IMG/VR virus record: IMGVR_UViG_3300028888_000127
Location: 3,964 to 67,963 of that record
Strand: one strand, 5' to 3'
DNA: 64,000 bases
Origin: a virus
Taxonomy: Duplodnaviria; Caudoviricetes
A model generated the notes under the pieces. It was not told the DNA's origin. It saw nothing but the letters and a program-made list of their open reading frames with translations, and searched no databases. Made by a program: the position numbers and the translations under genes. This document shows, one piece after another, positions 36,363 to 47,523 of the stretch. Position 1 is the first letter of the stretch; the number at the start of each line of letters is the position of its first letter.

Positions 36363-39300
36363 ATGGAAACTTTAGGCCACATAGCAAAATCTTTAACCAT
36401 TGGCGCATTGGATGCGTTACAGGCAGTATTGTCTATTGTTCAGACAATTCACATGACTGGTGGCGTTAGCATATATACTGTAACACATAGGGATTTTAAC
36501 GGTTATGATTTGAGAAGTGCAAATCTTTCTAACAATTTTGGAAACGGAAGGTCTTTAAGGGTTGATAAATCCCAAATAAAATCAACAAATGCATATGTTT
36601 ATAATGATAATGGTGAATTAGATAGTCCCGTTATATATTCTGATTATATAGGTAGATTGTATCATCAGGATGATTTCATTGAAAGTTCTTCGTTTGGATT
36701 CATAACTGAAGAGGGGTTTGGCAAGTTTGAAAGAGCAATAATGAACAAGAATTTAAATAATGTTATCCCAAAAAGCGAATATTATTTAAATGCAATGCCA
36801 ACTGATTATGGTGCTCCATTTTTAGGTGGAGATTTCCGTAGAACAGTATATCCAATGGTTATTGGAGATGAATATTCAGTCGAAGAAAGAGAACATATAA
36901 TTTTCCATAGTGAGTTAAGAAAAAGTAGAAAACATTTTTCTGACAAAATGATGGAAAACACAAAATATGTTGATAGTAAAATTGGTGCTACAAATGAAAG
37001 CGAAAGATATGCAGGTCTTCATCCAAGCAATCTTATTTCTTCTAATGGAGATGAGATTGATGTTTCAGATGGGCATTTAGGGAGAACATATGCTGATGAA
37101 AAGCCAAAAGATATAAAAACTTTTGGAAAAATGTTTTTTGACGGGGATTTAGGCCCAAAGAGTGGGCTTTCTAAATATAGGATAAATTATAATTATATTG
37201 ATAAATTTCCCCCTTATGATGGTGTTAACGTAAATGGCCGTTCTTTTTTAGAATATGTTGATATTCCTGAGATGATATCTGATTTGTCATATTTAAGAGG
37301 AAAACCGATAGAGATTTTAGATTATTCAAGTTCATTCAGGGAAAGGAATTTTAACGAGTCATTTTTCTACAGGTATAATAATCCTTATGCCGTTGGCAAT
37401 AGTAGTGACATTATTAATACTTATTTCGTTGCAAAAAGACCAATTGGAGAATATAATGAAATAAAAATAGAAAGTGGTAATGGTGATAAAGGAAACATTA
37501 TAACCAAATCAACGGAAAATGGTCCTGTTAATAAGTACCAAGAATTAGAGAGTTCAAGCGATTCAATAAGTGATAAAGGCGGAGGTTTTATTGGTGATAG
37601 TGGCTATTCAAAGTTGATTCATAGGACAAATGACTTGTTCAAAAATATGAAACTTGGAACACTTGTTAATAGGTTCCATACATCTTCAAAAGACTTACAT
37701 GACTATGATGATGATGAACTTGTTACATCATCATCAAGATATGGGTTATCAAGGGGGAGAAACTTGCTTTCTACTGAAGAAAAGACAACAAATGGATATT
37801 CTAACCCGTATTGCCGTGTTTGGACAGCACATCATCAATATACAAAGTTGAGTAGGCTTATAAGGCCGTTTACAACTAATGAAAAAACAATGAGTGTTTC
37901 AGAAACACAAGGATTTATTGAAAATGATACTAATTTAAGACCGGGTAATGGCGGAACTGTACATTTAGGTAACCATACCGTATTAATGGACAATGGATAT
38001 GTAAGAATGTCACCTGCACACGATGATGGGAGTAGGGATATAAAGAATTTTATGTTCTCAATTGAAAATTTAGCGTGGCGTGACGTTAATTGGGATAGTG
38101 CAAGGGTTACAAAGGAACAACAGGGGCCAAATGGGGGGAGAATGATGTGGTTTCCACCATATAATCTAAAATTCAGCGAAAACGTGAATGTTGAATGGAA
38201 TGCAAACAAATTTATTGGGCGTGGTGAACAGATATATACATACACAAACACTGATAGAAGTGGAACTTTAAGTTTTACTTTACTTATAGACCATCCATCA
38301 ATTATAAATAAATGGAGAGGAACTGCTAAGGTAGTTGACGAACCTAAAGAAAGGGAAACAGAAATATTGAGGTTTTTTGCTGGATGCGGAATGCTGGAAG
38401 GTACGGTTCCTGCCGGTTCAGGAAATTCACAAAGCGAAAATATAGTTTCTCAAAATGTAAATCCAAAATATAATGGTAGAACAAGAAATGTTGCATTGGT
38501 TTTGTTTTTCCCTAATAATTTTTCTGGCTATGATTATAAAGGGGACCCTTCTTCTGCAATTGATATGTTAAGGGGATATGAAAATGGGCAATCGTGGGAT
38601 AACGAACAAGATTCAGATATTGAAAACACGGTATATCCAAATAACAATTCAGCAAATTTGTTTAATTTGAATAAAATAACAAGTGATGATGAAAACGCTT
38701 GGTATGTGAAAGATATGCTTTTTGGGGGTGATGAAGATGTTGAATTTTATGGATTTTTTGATGGTGAAAAAGGATATGATAGTCTAAACAATGTCATTAA
38801 GAATATAGACACTGAAAATGGTGAAATATTTGGTGATAAGCACAAAAACATATCAATAGAAAAAATTGAACTTTATGGGTTTGCTTCTTCACATGGAACA
38901 GAAGAAAACAACAAAAAACTAACACAAAGACGTGCTGATTTCATCAAAAATGCGGTTATTTCAAAATGCAAAGAAATAACACCTGAAATGTTTAATGAAG
39001 CGAAAACTGAAATAAAAGAGGTAACAGACGTTAGTACAAACCCAATGGACCGTGACATTAATATGATAACTGCTAAAGTTGCACGTTCAGCATATGTCTT
39101 GTTTAGGGTGAGATGGGATGACGATACAACAACAAATTCGATTATTGAAGATAACACATTTGTTGTACAAAATCAAAATTATGACAACGTTCCTCAAGAA
39201 GTTACAACTGAATCGGTTCCTGAGGAAGCAACTGTTGTAACAGAATCTACCGAAGAGGACACATATAGGGCTGACAATGAATATTTGTATTTTGCTAATT

Positions 39301-39914
39301 TGGAAAGGAATGATGAGGTTGCTTACCAAAAAATAATTGATAGAATAAGATATTTCAATCCTGCCTACCATTCAATAACACCGGAGGGCTTTAATGCAAG
39401 ATTGACATTCTTGCATCAATGTACAAGACAAGGACCAACCGTTGATTTGTCTTCTGGAATACATTCTGCTTCTGGTAGTACAAATTACACTAAATATGCA
39501 GGAAATCTTTCATTTGGAAGAGCTCCTTATTGTATATTAAGGATTGGCGACTTTTTCCACACAAAGATATGTATCACATCATTAAGCATTGATTATGATG
39601 GAGGCGGGGGAATACAATGGGATTTGAATCCTGAAGGTGTTGGTGTACAACCAATGTTTGCAAATGTTAATATAAACTTTAATTTCATTGGCGGCCAAGA
39701 CCTTAAAGGGCCAATTGAAAGGCTTCAAAATGCAGTTACGTCTAATTATTATGCAAATGCTTCTGTTTATGACCACAAGGCAGACAAAAAGGGAAGCGGA
39801 TTCCCGTATGATGTTAGACTTAATGTACCTGACAAAAATCCACGTGAGGATGAATTAGCGCCACCAGCACCAAGTTCTGAATTTAGTAAAACAACAGAAA
39901 AGACTCCTGATTAA
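36363..39914 (+). CDS. large baseplate/tube-initiator-like protein with internal OmpA-like domain
   Basis: MWFPPYNLKFSENVNVEW...GRGEQIYTYTNTDRSGTLSF; IELYGFASS....NKKLTQRRADFIK; APYCILRIGDFFHTKICITSLSIDY. Confidence 0.65.
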   Translation: METLGHIAKSLTIGALDALQAVLSIVQTIHMTGGVSIYTVTHRDFNGYDLRSANLSNNFGNGRSLRVDKSQIKSTNAYVYNDNGELDSPVIYSDYIGRLYHQDDFIESSSFGFITEEGFGKFERAIMNKNLNNVIPKSEYYLNAMPTDYGAPFLGGDFRRTVYPMVIGDEYSVEEREHIIFHSELRKSRKHFSDKMMENTKYVDSKIGATNESERYAGLHPSNLISSNGDEIDVSDGHLGRTYADEKPKDIKTFGKMFFDGDLGPKSGLSKYRINYNYIDKFPPYDGVNVNGRSFLEYVDIPEMISDLSYLRGKPIEILDYSSSFRERNFNESFFYRYNNPYAVGNSSDIINTYFVAKRPIGEYNEIKIESGNGDKGNIITKSTENGPVNKYQELESSSDSISDKGGGFIGDSGYSKLIHRTNDLFKNMKLGTLVNRFHTSSKDLHDYDDDELVTSSSRYGLSRGRNLLSTEEKTTNGYSNPYCRVWTAHHQYTKLSRLIRPFTTNEKTMSVSETQGFIENDTNLRPGNGGTVHLGNHTVLMDNGYVRMSPAHDDGSRDIKNFMFSIENLAWRDVNWDSARVTKEQQGPNGGRMMWFPPYNLKFSENVNVEWNANKFIGRGEQIYTYTNTDRSGTLSFTLLIDHPSIINKWRGTAKVVDEPKERETEILRFFAGCGMLEGTVPAGSGNSQSENIVSQNVNPKYNGRTRNVALVLFFPNNFSGYDYKGDPSSAIDMLRGYENGQSWDNEQDSDIENTVYPNNNSANLFNLNKITSDDENAWYVKDMLFGGDEDVEFYGFFDGEKGYDSLNNVIKNIDTENGEIFGDKHKNISIEKIELYGFASSHGTEENNKKLTQRRADFIKNAVISKCKEITPEMFNEAKTEIKEVTDVSTNPMDRDINMITAKVARSAYVLFRVRWDDDTTTNSIIEDNTFVVQNQNYDNVPQEVTTESVPEEATVVTESTEEDTYRADNEYLYFANLERNDEVAYQKIIDRIRYFNPAYHSITPEGFNARLTFLHQCTRQGPTVDLSSGIHSASGSTNYTKYAGNLSFGRAPYCILRIGDFFHTKICITSLSIDYDGGGGIQWDLNPEGVGVQPMFANVNINFNFIGGQDLKGPIERLQNAVTSNYYANASVYDHKADKKGSGFPYDVRLNVPDKNPREDELAPPAPSSEFSKTTEKTPD

Positions 39915-39979
39915 AGATATATGGATTATAAGTCTGGAAATAATATATGGTTGAAATAAATAAGTAATTTAAATTTAAT

Positions 39980-40294
39980 ATGGGAACATTTGATAGATAT
40001 GCTCAGTTTAGAAATGGTAATAAAATAGACATTGTAACGTTTGGAGAAGTACCTGAAAAGGCGAGTGATAAATTTATAACATATGAAAAGGGGGTTACAA
40101 GATTGGACCAAGTTTCATATCAATTTTATGGCAGTTCGAGTTATGCTTGGCTTATTTTACAAGCAAACGCAAAATATGGTTCTTTAGAGTTTAGGATTCC
40201 CGATGGTGTTACTCTTAGAATACCATATCCGTTAAATGTTTCATTGTCTGATTATCAGAAATCAATAGAAAAAAATAAAGAGTATTACAGATAA
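39980..40294 (+). CDS. LysM-like/baseplate wedge (gp53/tail X-like) protein
   Basis: RLDQVSYQFYGSSSYAWLILQAN...IPDGVTLRIP. Confidence 0.75.
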   Translation: MGTFDRYAQFRNGNKIDIVTFGEVPEKASDKFITYEKGVTRLDQVSYQFYGSSSYAWLILQANAKYGSLEFRIPDGVTLRIPYPLNVSLSDYQKSIEKNKEYYR

Positions 40295-40302
40295 TTTCAT
40301 AT

Positions 40303-43300
40303 ATGGATGAGCATAAAAACATGGGTAGGTTAAGATATTTTGACCCAAATACTACTGTTTTGGAAAACAGGGAGGGGACTAATTCTGATTCCATAACGTT
40401 TCCATATGAAGATTACAATATTGCTGTTGATTTGCAGATAAGGGTATATAATAGATATTCTTGCGGGTTTGGCGATATGACAGGGGATATGCAGGTTTTT
40501 GAATATTCAACTCAGAACGGGACGTTATCTTTTTTAGGTGGAACTGATGGTTTTTTAACTACAAACTATACAGACATACAGATGATAAATCCTTCTGGAA
40601 ACACAACAGAATGCCTTGGCATAGAATCAATACAAGTTTCATATGAAAGTTGGCTACATCCAGTTGTAAATGTTGTATTTGTTGATGTTAGGGGCGGTAC
40701 TGTTATGCAACCCGCAGAATCTCATTATTATAATGAGAATGAAAAAGGTAATACATATCAAATATATAAGTCACTGTTTTCTTTTCCATATCCTTTGTTT
40801 CTTTTAAAGGTTAAAGGATTCTATGGACGTGGTGTTACTTATAGACTTGCTGTTAGTAAAACAGATATAGATTTTGACGCAAATAGTGGTAATTTTAAGA
40901 TTTCTGTTGATTTTATTGGTCATATTTATGGGCTTTTTGCGGATATACCAATGACATATATTGCTGTTGCTCCATATATGGAAGAGGGTGATAGATATTG
41001 GATGCAAAAAGTGAATGAAAAGAAGTTTTGGTTCTATAAAATGGATAAAAATGGAGATTTAGTAGCACAATCTCCAATGCTTAAATTTCCAGAATTAACG
41101 CTGAGAGTTGCTGAAGTTGCATATTCACAGCCAGTTGCAAAGGTAAATGCAGATTCAGAATTGGCAATGCAAACTCTTGACGAAGAGGTTAATTCATTAA
41201 ATTCAATTATGGAATCATATAAGGTGTTTATTGATGGCTCTAATGTTGTGTATTATTGTAATGATTCAGGACATCCTGACCAATCTTTTATTTTCTACAC
41301 ACTTGCAGACAGTGGTGAAATGAGGAAAAACGATGTTGTTAGTGGCGCTGCTAACACTTTTTTCACAAAACTTGAAGAACACGATAAAACATATAATACG
41401 ACTTATAAGAGTAAATTTAATAGCCTATGTTTAATTTGGAAAAACGAAGAAAACACAGTTGATTGTGAAATCCTTGAAGACGGGTCTGTTAAACGAAAAG
41501 ACGGAAATGAAGAAATTTTTGATATTTATATGAAAAACAATCCTAATTTACAGAAATTTGTTAAGGAAAATTTAAATGTAAATAATGTTAACATAATAAG
41601 TTTTGGCTTTCGTAATTTTGCAAAAAACGGAGAGGATTTTAATGATATTATCAATGTTCAAATTCCTGAGGAGATAAAGAAAATACAAGAAAATAAAGGT
41701 AAGGTAGAAAAGGAATTTAAGGACAAACAAAATGCCTTAATTGAAGATGCTCTTGGGTTTAGACCATCAATTAAGAATATGTATGATTTGGCATTTGCTC
41801 ATCTTGACACATTCATGTATGTCTACTATGAAATGCTTAGAAAAATTAGAAGACAACTTGAAATGAAAGGTGATGAACGGAAGAAGGTTACGTATTCTAT
41901 AAGTGATGAATATACAGATACTGAAAAATCCGATGCGCCTGGTGCAAATGGGTTTGTTAGGGGTGCGTATTTACCACCATATACAGGATTTTACAAAGAT
42001 ACGGTTGATGCATCTGATGGCTTTAAAAAGAAAAAAACAATGATGTGGCCTGGTGATTTACCAAATGGCGATAGAAAATTAGAGGAAGTAAAATTTGTTT
42101 TTGAATTACTTAGTGGGGCAAAATTGTATTTTAACAGGTCAGACGATGTTAATTTTGCCATTGATGGATTTAGGGCTTCTGGCTCAACAGGTGCTATATC
42201 AGGAAAACATCCATTGACAGATGTTAAGCGTTTTATACCGTTGACAATTTATGATATTGCAAACAATGGAAAAACTATTAATCCATATTTGAGCGTTGCA
42301 AGTAAAATAAAAAATAATGCGCCATTTGATGAGGTCATAGGTGATGTTTATGGGATTTTCGCATTAAGATTGTTCTATTATATGAATTCTTGTAGTGATG
42401 GAGGTAACAATGTTGATGATAACGAAAGTAAATTTTTCGGCAGACTGGACGCTATTAACTTTTTCAAAGCTGTTGGCAAAAGCGAATCTCCTGTTCTTCA
42501 TAAGTTTGTTAAGGAATTTGCCGATGAAAATATGAGAAAAGACAGAATTGCATTTGAATCTGCAATATCTTATGATGGTAGTTCGGTTGAGACTATGGAT
42601 ATTGGCGGTAGAAACGTAAATGTTAAGCCTGTAATGTCATGGCGTGTCGATGATTCTGCTAATACAAATATAAATTTGTTTAACCGTTCAAAAGGAATAT
42701 ATACTTATTACTATTCAAGTATCAATACCGTTTATAATAATGGGACATATTTTGCTAATTTTAGGTATTTTCCTATTCGTTTAACCAGTATGGAAGATTT
42801 AAAAAATACGTTTTCAAACGGATACCCATTGTATAAAGAGGGGTTTATTTCTTCGATACAACATGAATCATATTCAGGGAGTACCGATGGGTTTAGTGAA
42901 GGAAAAACGCTTAAAGGAGGTACTTTTATGCTTTACGAAACAAGGGATTATATTAAGACTTTGTATAAAAACATAGAGGCTGAGTTGAATCAAGAAAAAG
43001 GTGATAATACGAATGAAATAATAGATGATAAATATTTTGAAGCAGTAAAGGGCGGAAGTACATTCAGAGGTTTCGCAAACAATATTGATGAAGATTTTCC
43101 AAGAATGTATAATAAAAGAATTGTAGAAAAAGTTGATAATGCCGAAACGAAGGCTGGTAGGAAAGATGTTGCCACTATGACCGCCGAAGACATGGCACAA
43201 TTTATTATTGTATATCCTGATGCTATTGACGAGGGAAGAAGCAAATCGCAATTCGATGTAAATGAAGACAACCTTGTTGACGAGGCAGATTCTTTGTTGG

Positions 43301-46137
43301 AATGCCCATTGTATTGGATACAAGATAATGATTATGCAAAGGCATTTTTATTTGTGCAAGCGGCAAGATTGATAAATGGTGATTCAAGCACTTCTGTTTT
43401 AGGAATGGATTATGGGACAAATAAAATCATACAAAAGGGACCATTGCTTAGAGAAGGCGCTTTTTATTGGTGGCATGATAATTATGCAATGGTAAAAACA
43501 GAGGGCCATTGCAAGTTTAATATTGCTTTAAATAAATCTGGCGGATATGATGTGGCTGAGGGCGATGTAAAATATAAGTCACCAAGTAATAAGGAAACGT
43601 TTATTTCTAATTTTAGTAATTCTGTTTTTGGCAGCCAAACATTAAATTATAACGATGATTCTGAAACTTTTAACCCGATACCTACCAATTCAAACGCTCA
43701 ATATTACGAAATACCTTATTATAGTAATAGTTCGTTTCTTAGAGAAAAGGTAAAAAATGTAACGCCATCAAGAGTTGAATATTTGAAAAAATATTTTGAA
43801 AATTGGGTTGAAAAAGAATTTAAGCCAATTGCTAGAATTTATGAAAATATAAGAATATATGGCTCTCCTGAAGAAGACAAAAGGAAGTATAGTGACGGCC
43901 TTGATAAAACGTTATTAAATGCTGCAATAACATCAGGTGAGTCAAATCTAATACCTGATGCAAGGAAATTACAGGAATTTTTAAGGTCGTTTTATTTTGG
44001 CGTATGTACTGTTTTTGATTATTATGGCGGATTCTTTAGGAAAACTATGTCTTTAAAAGAGAGTTTATTCACCAGTGGATTCCGTGGATTTATGGACCAA
44101 TTGAGAAAAATATATGGCAAAACGGAAGATGCTTCGCAATCAGAAATAAATGCTGCTTTTGCCGCTGCTTATGCTGAAGACCCGTTTAGGAACAAAGATT
44201 TGAGGCTTAGTACATATATGACTTTGAAATCTTTGTATGATAAATGGATATGTAATTCGTTAAAGGGCGATAAAACATATAGGTTTAATAGGGTTGAGGA
44301 TGGAAGTAATGAACCTGGAACATATGAGCTGGATAATTTCATATATGTTGATAATTTTTATCGTAATATTGGATATGATTTAACCATTAATTTGACAAAA
44401 TTTGTTGAATGGATGGGAAAATGTTTGCCAACTTCAAAAATGTACACAGTTGAGGGGATTATGTCATACAATGGTAGAACTTTGTATGAATTCTTGACTG
44501 ATATTGCACAAGATTGTGGCGCTATATTGCTTGCAATACCACAGAGATTTATGTATGATTGCGGGGAAAACATAAAAACAGTGTTTACTCCAATACCTTC
44601 TTGTCAGGCTTGGGATGATGATACATATACCTATATGTTCTTGTATACATATAAGCCATCTGAACATCTTGGCGACAAAGGAGCAAGTAATATGGATATG
44701 AATGGGTGGTCTCCTGAGGGCGATGGCTATGACTTGACTGATGAAGATATTGTTGGCTCGTTATTTGATGATAACGAGATAGGATATGCTGTACCAGCAT
44801 TCGGAGTTACATTTGCAAAAGAAAATCAGGCGTATTTTAAAAATATTTCATTGTCAACAAAACAACATGGGGTAACAGAGGCTGGGTTGAATGCAACAAT
44901 GAATATAGCAGCAAAGGCTTCTGAAACAATAAGGGAAACGACACTTTATGGACAGGATATTTATAAAGTATTTTCTAATAATTCATATGAGTGTACTGTC
45001 GAAATGATGGGAGATATGCAAATATTCCCACCAATGTATTTCCAATTAAACAATATACCAATGTGGAAAGGTGCATACCTTATCAAAAAGGTAACTCATA
45101 GTATAAGGCCAGGAGATGTCACTACAACAATAGTTGGCGTAAGGCAGAACAGGTATTTGATACCGTTGGTCGAAGGTACTGTTGTTTCTTTAAACACCAA
45201 CGAAAATAGGGCTTCTGAAGATAATGTAGAAAATGGCGGAAGTGGCGTAGATGTTACTAATTTATCAATTGGAAATGTTGAAAGTAATGGCGTTGATACA
45301 AATATTGCAGGTGACAGGTCTAAATTAATAGCAGAGCAACAAGGATTATCTGAAGATATAACACCAACAAAGCCAGTTATTATATTAACACCGGGCCACT
45401 CTGTTAGTCGAAAAGCAGAAGAGCATAAATGGGCAACAAGGCTTATTAAGGATTATATTATACCAAAATTAAAACAAAAGACTTTTAAAGACGGTACTTC
45501 ATATGCAGACCATGTTGTTCAAGGCGGTAAAAAAAATAAGGAAGATTTGCAGTCTTCTAGTTATGATTTTTGGCCGGTTAGACATTTGGTTGATAAGTAC
45601 GGTTCAAAAAGCGTTGTGTCTATAAACGTACACTGGAATGGTGATGGTGGGCAGTATTTCGCTGCGTTTTGGGCACATAAAACAGCATCAGGCGGCGTTA
45701 ATATGAGAAATGATTCACAAAAACTTGGATTGTATTTTAGGGAAGCGTTTAAGGAAGTTGTTTCAAAAAAAGACACATATTCAAAAATGCCTATAGGAAT
45801 GATGGATAAAGGTGTACCAACATGGCATTATGCTTTAGATGCTGATAATACAGACCCGGGCGTTGGATGGACTTCTAATCCTACACATTGCGCATGTGTT
45901 CTTACAGAGAACTTCTTTGCAAATTATTATCCATCAGATAGACATGTGAATTGGCTTGCTGAAAATTATAAAGAAATTAACCCAGAAACTGGGCGATATC
46001 AAAATGGTAGGGCTTGGCTTGAGAGTGAGGAAGGATGTAATGTTATTGCTAATGCGCATGTGAATGCAATAGTGAATTATATTAACTCACTTGGAAATGA
46101 TTCCGATAAACAAGTTCCTGAGCCCCAACAAGGCTGA
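40303..46137 (+). CDS. 1944 aa baseplate hub protein with C-terminal N-acetylmuramoyl-L-alanine amidase (Amidase_3)
   Basis: Hub-like N-terminus (GIESIQV...FVDVRG...VKGFYG) and YECTVEMMG..IFPPMYF..YLIKKVTHSI. Zn-amidase motifs ILTPGH...EH...SINVHWN...VLTENFF. Confidence 0.8.
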   Translation: MDEHKNMGRLRYFDPNTTVLENREGTNSDSITFPYEDYNIAVDLQIRVYNRYSCGFGDMTGDMQVFEYSTQNGTLSFLGGTDGFLTTNYTDIQMINPSGNTTECLGIESIQVSYESWLHPVVNVVFVDVRGGTVMQPAESHYYNENEKGNTYQIYKSLFSFPYPLFLLKVKGFYGRGVTYRLAVSKTDIDFDANSGNFKISVDFIGHIYGLFADIPMTYIAVAPYMEEGDRYWMQKVNEKKFWFYKMDKNGDLVAQSPMLKFPELTLRVAEVAYSQPVAKVNADSELAMQTLDEEVNSLNSIMESYKVFIDGSNVVYYCNDSGHPDQSFIFYTLADSGEMRKNDVVSGAANTFFTKLEEHDKTYNTTYKSKFNSLCLIWKNEENTVDCEILEDGSVKRKDGNEEIFDIYMKNNPNLQKFVKENLNVNNVNIISFGFRNFAKNGEDFNDIINVQIPEEIKKIQENKGKVEKEFKDKQNALIEDALGFRPSIKNMYDLAFAHLDTFMYVYYEMLRKIRRQLEMKGDERKKVTYSISDEYTDTEKSDAPGANGFVRGAYLPPYTGFYKDTVDASDGFKKKKTMMWPGDLPNGDRKLEEVKFVFELLSGAKLYFNRSDDVNFAIDGFRASGSTGAISGKHPLTDVKRFIPLTIYDIANNGKTINPYLSVASKIKNNAPFDEVIGDVYGIFALRLFYYMNSCSDGGNNVDDNESKFFGRLDAINFFKAVGKSESPVLHKFVKEFADENMRKDRIAFESAISYDGSSVETMDIGGRNVNVKPVMSWRVDDSANTNINLFNRSKGIYTYYYSSINTVYNNGTYFANFRYFPIRLTSMEDLKNTFSNGYPLYKEGFISSIQHESYSGSTDGFSEGKTLKGGTFMLYETRDYIKTLYKNIEAELNQEKGDNTNEIIDDKYFEAVKGGSTFRGFANNIDEDFPRMYNKRIVEKVDNAETKAGRKDVATMTAEDMAQFIIVYPDAIDEGRSKSQFDVNEDNLVDEADSLLECPLYWIQDNDYAKAFLFVQAARLINGDSSTSVLGMDYGTNKIIQKGPLLREGAFYWWHDNYAMVKTEGHCKFNIALNKSGGYDVAEGDVKYKSPSNKETFISNFSNSVFGSQTLNYNDDSETFNPIPTNSNAQYYEIPYYSNSSFLREKVKNVTPSRVEYLKKYFENWVEKEFKPIARIYENIRIYGSPEEDKRKYSDGLDKTLLNAAITSGESNLIPDARKLQEFLRSFYFGVCTVFDYYGGFFRKTMSLKESLFTSGFRGFMDQLRKIYGKTEDASQSEINAAFAAAYAEDPFRNKDLRLSTYMTLKSLYDKWICNSLKGDKTYRFNRVEDGSNEPGTYELDNFIYVDNFYRNIGYDLTINLTKFVEWMGKCLPTSKMYTVEGIMSYNGRTLYEFLTDIAQDCGAILLAIPQRFMYDCGENIKTVFTPIPSCQAWDDDTYTYMFLYTYKPSEHLGDKGASNMDMNGWSPEGDGYDLTDEDIVGSLFDDNEIGYAVPAFGVTFAKENQAYFKNISLSTKQHGVTEAGLNATMNIAAKASETIRETTLYGQDIYKVFSNNSYECTVEMMGDMQIFPPMYFQLNNIPMWKGAYLIKKVTHSIRPGDVTTTIVGVRQNRYLIPLVEGTVVSLNTNENRASEDNVENGGSGVDVTNLSIGNVESNGVDTNIAGDRSKLIAEQQGLSEDITPTKPVIILTPGHSVSRKAEEHKWATRLIKDYIIPKLKQKTFKDGTSYADHVVQGGKKNKEDLQSSSYDFWPVRHLVDKYGSKSVVSINVHWNGDGGQYFAAFWAHKTASGGVNMRNDSQKLGLYFREAFKEVVSKKDTYSKMPIGMMDKGVPTWHYALDADNTDPGVGWTSNPTHCACVLTENFFANYYPSDRHVNWLAENYKEINPETGRYQNGRAWLESEEGCNVIANAHVNAIVNYINSLGNDSDKQVPEPQQG

Positions 46138-46248
46138 AATTGAAATAAAACAAATACAGGACCTGTTGTCTATTGCACTGTACAATTAGAAAGGTCTTAT
46201 TGGTTGCTTAATTTTGAAAGATAAATATCAGTTGGCAACAACTAATTG

Positions 46249-46278
46249 AAAGCATGTTTGAAAAGGCATGCTTTTTTT
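46249..46278 (+). terminator. intrinsic terminator
   Basis: AAAGCATGTT-TGAAAA-GGCATGCTTTTTTT. Confidence 0.75.
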
Positions 46279-46322
46279 GCCTTATAGCACTATTTATAAA
46301 TGTAAATAAAAACCGATTAATT

Positions 46323-46731
46323 ATGAAGACAAATCATCAAATGAACTATTATGACTACGGCAAAAACCTTGACATACAAGGAGTTATGCCAGTAATTGGG
46401 GGGGGGTGTAAACCCTGAACCTGAATTACCAGAAACTATTGATATTTATTATACACGAAGTGACGTTTCTGGCTTTTCTACAACATACAATATAATTTTA
46501 GACGAGCCACTACAACAAGGTTATTATCCATATGCCTCTTATTATAAATACGAGATTAGTGGCTCGGAATATATAAATAAATTTGTTCAATGGGACTATA
46601 CAGAAGAAGAAACCACACATTATTCAAAAAACAGTTCACATTCTGTTAATGATGGAGTTGATGTATTTACAATAATAAAAGGCCCAAATGACTATTCAAT
46701 TGATATACCAGGAAAAGCAATACAAAATTAA
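46323..46731 (+). pseudogene. small gene interrupted by a G9 tract (off phase)
   Basis: ATG at 46323 follows the late motif (46289-46298) and reads MKTNHQMNYYDYGKNLDIQGVMPVIGGGCKP*. With G8 or G11 it continues GGGVNPEPELPETIDIYY... (135 aa with G8). Confidence 0.65.
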
Positions 46732-46882
46732 TTAAATAAATAACATATCATAAAAAAAAACACATTCCTACAATGTTCAATAAGCACAAACAAGGGTATG
46801 TGTTTTTTATTTTGTGTTAACTGGTATATAATTTTCTTTTGAAAATTGATATGGCTTTTGTATATTAATTAAAATTTTATTC

Positions 46883-47482
46883 ATGAAAAAAATAGCAAAT
46901 ATTTTAACTAAAAACTTGTTTAATGATAAAATTTTTTACAATGTCATTGATAATAAGAATGATATAATTAAGGGGATTCCTGTGTTATGTGTTGGGGTTG
47001 ATTTCACAAAAAAGAATTATCCTAATTTTAATAGGATAAATATGAGAATAGACGAAATGACAAGTTGGACTTATGGCCCGCGTGAAAAGAGAAATGTCTA
47101 TGAGTCAAGGTTGAAAATATTTATTAATGACGCAATAGAAAAATTTAAATCAAGAATTAAGTATAAATATATTAATGTTGTAGTTGACCAAAATTCAGAC
47201 GATTTCTTGTTAGTGAAAGAGATTGTCAATTGTGGTAATAAAAAAATCATATCATTCATATATAATGGTGTTATATACATTTATGATAACGTTGGGACTG
47301 TTTATGGAGTTTCGATAAGGGAGATGTCATATGTTTGTATTGACGTTAAGTCTTTTTTGAGAAACATATATTTAAATACGACCGTAATAACCAACAAGGA
47401 TTCTATACCGTTGGATGTAAGAATAATGTTTAATGGCTGTGATTATTTGATTCCGTGTTTGTTTTCTGATGATAATAATTAG
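46883..47482 (+). CDS. hypothetical protein
   Basis: 199 aa ORF with its own upstream AT-rich promoter region. Confidence 0.75.
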   Translation: MKKIANILTKNLFNDKIFYNVIDNKNDIIKGIPVLCVGVDFTKKNYPNFNRINMRIDEMTSWTYGPREKRNVYESRLKIFINDAIEKFKSRIKYKYINVVVDQNSDDFLLVKEIVNCGNKKIISFIYNGVIYIYDNVGTVYGVSIREMSYVCIDVKSFLRNIYLNTTVITNKDSIPLDVRIMFNGCDYLIPCLFSDDNN

Positions 47483-47523
47483 TTTTTCTGTTTTTAAACT
47501 ATTTATATGTAAAATAATGTATT

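Noticed and set aside
46097-46189. 30-codon ORF MIPINKFLSPNKAEIEIKQ... overlapping the end of the hub gene
   Set aside because: Short, with no initiation signals or recognisable homology.
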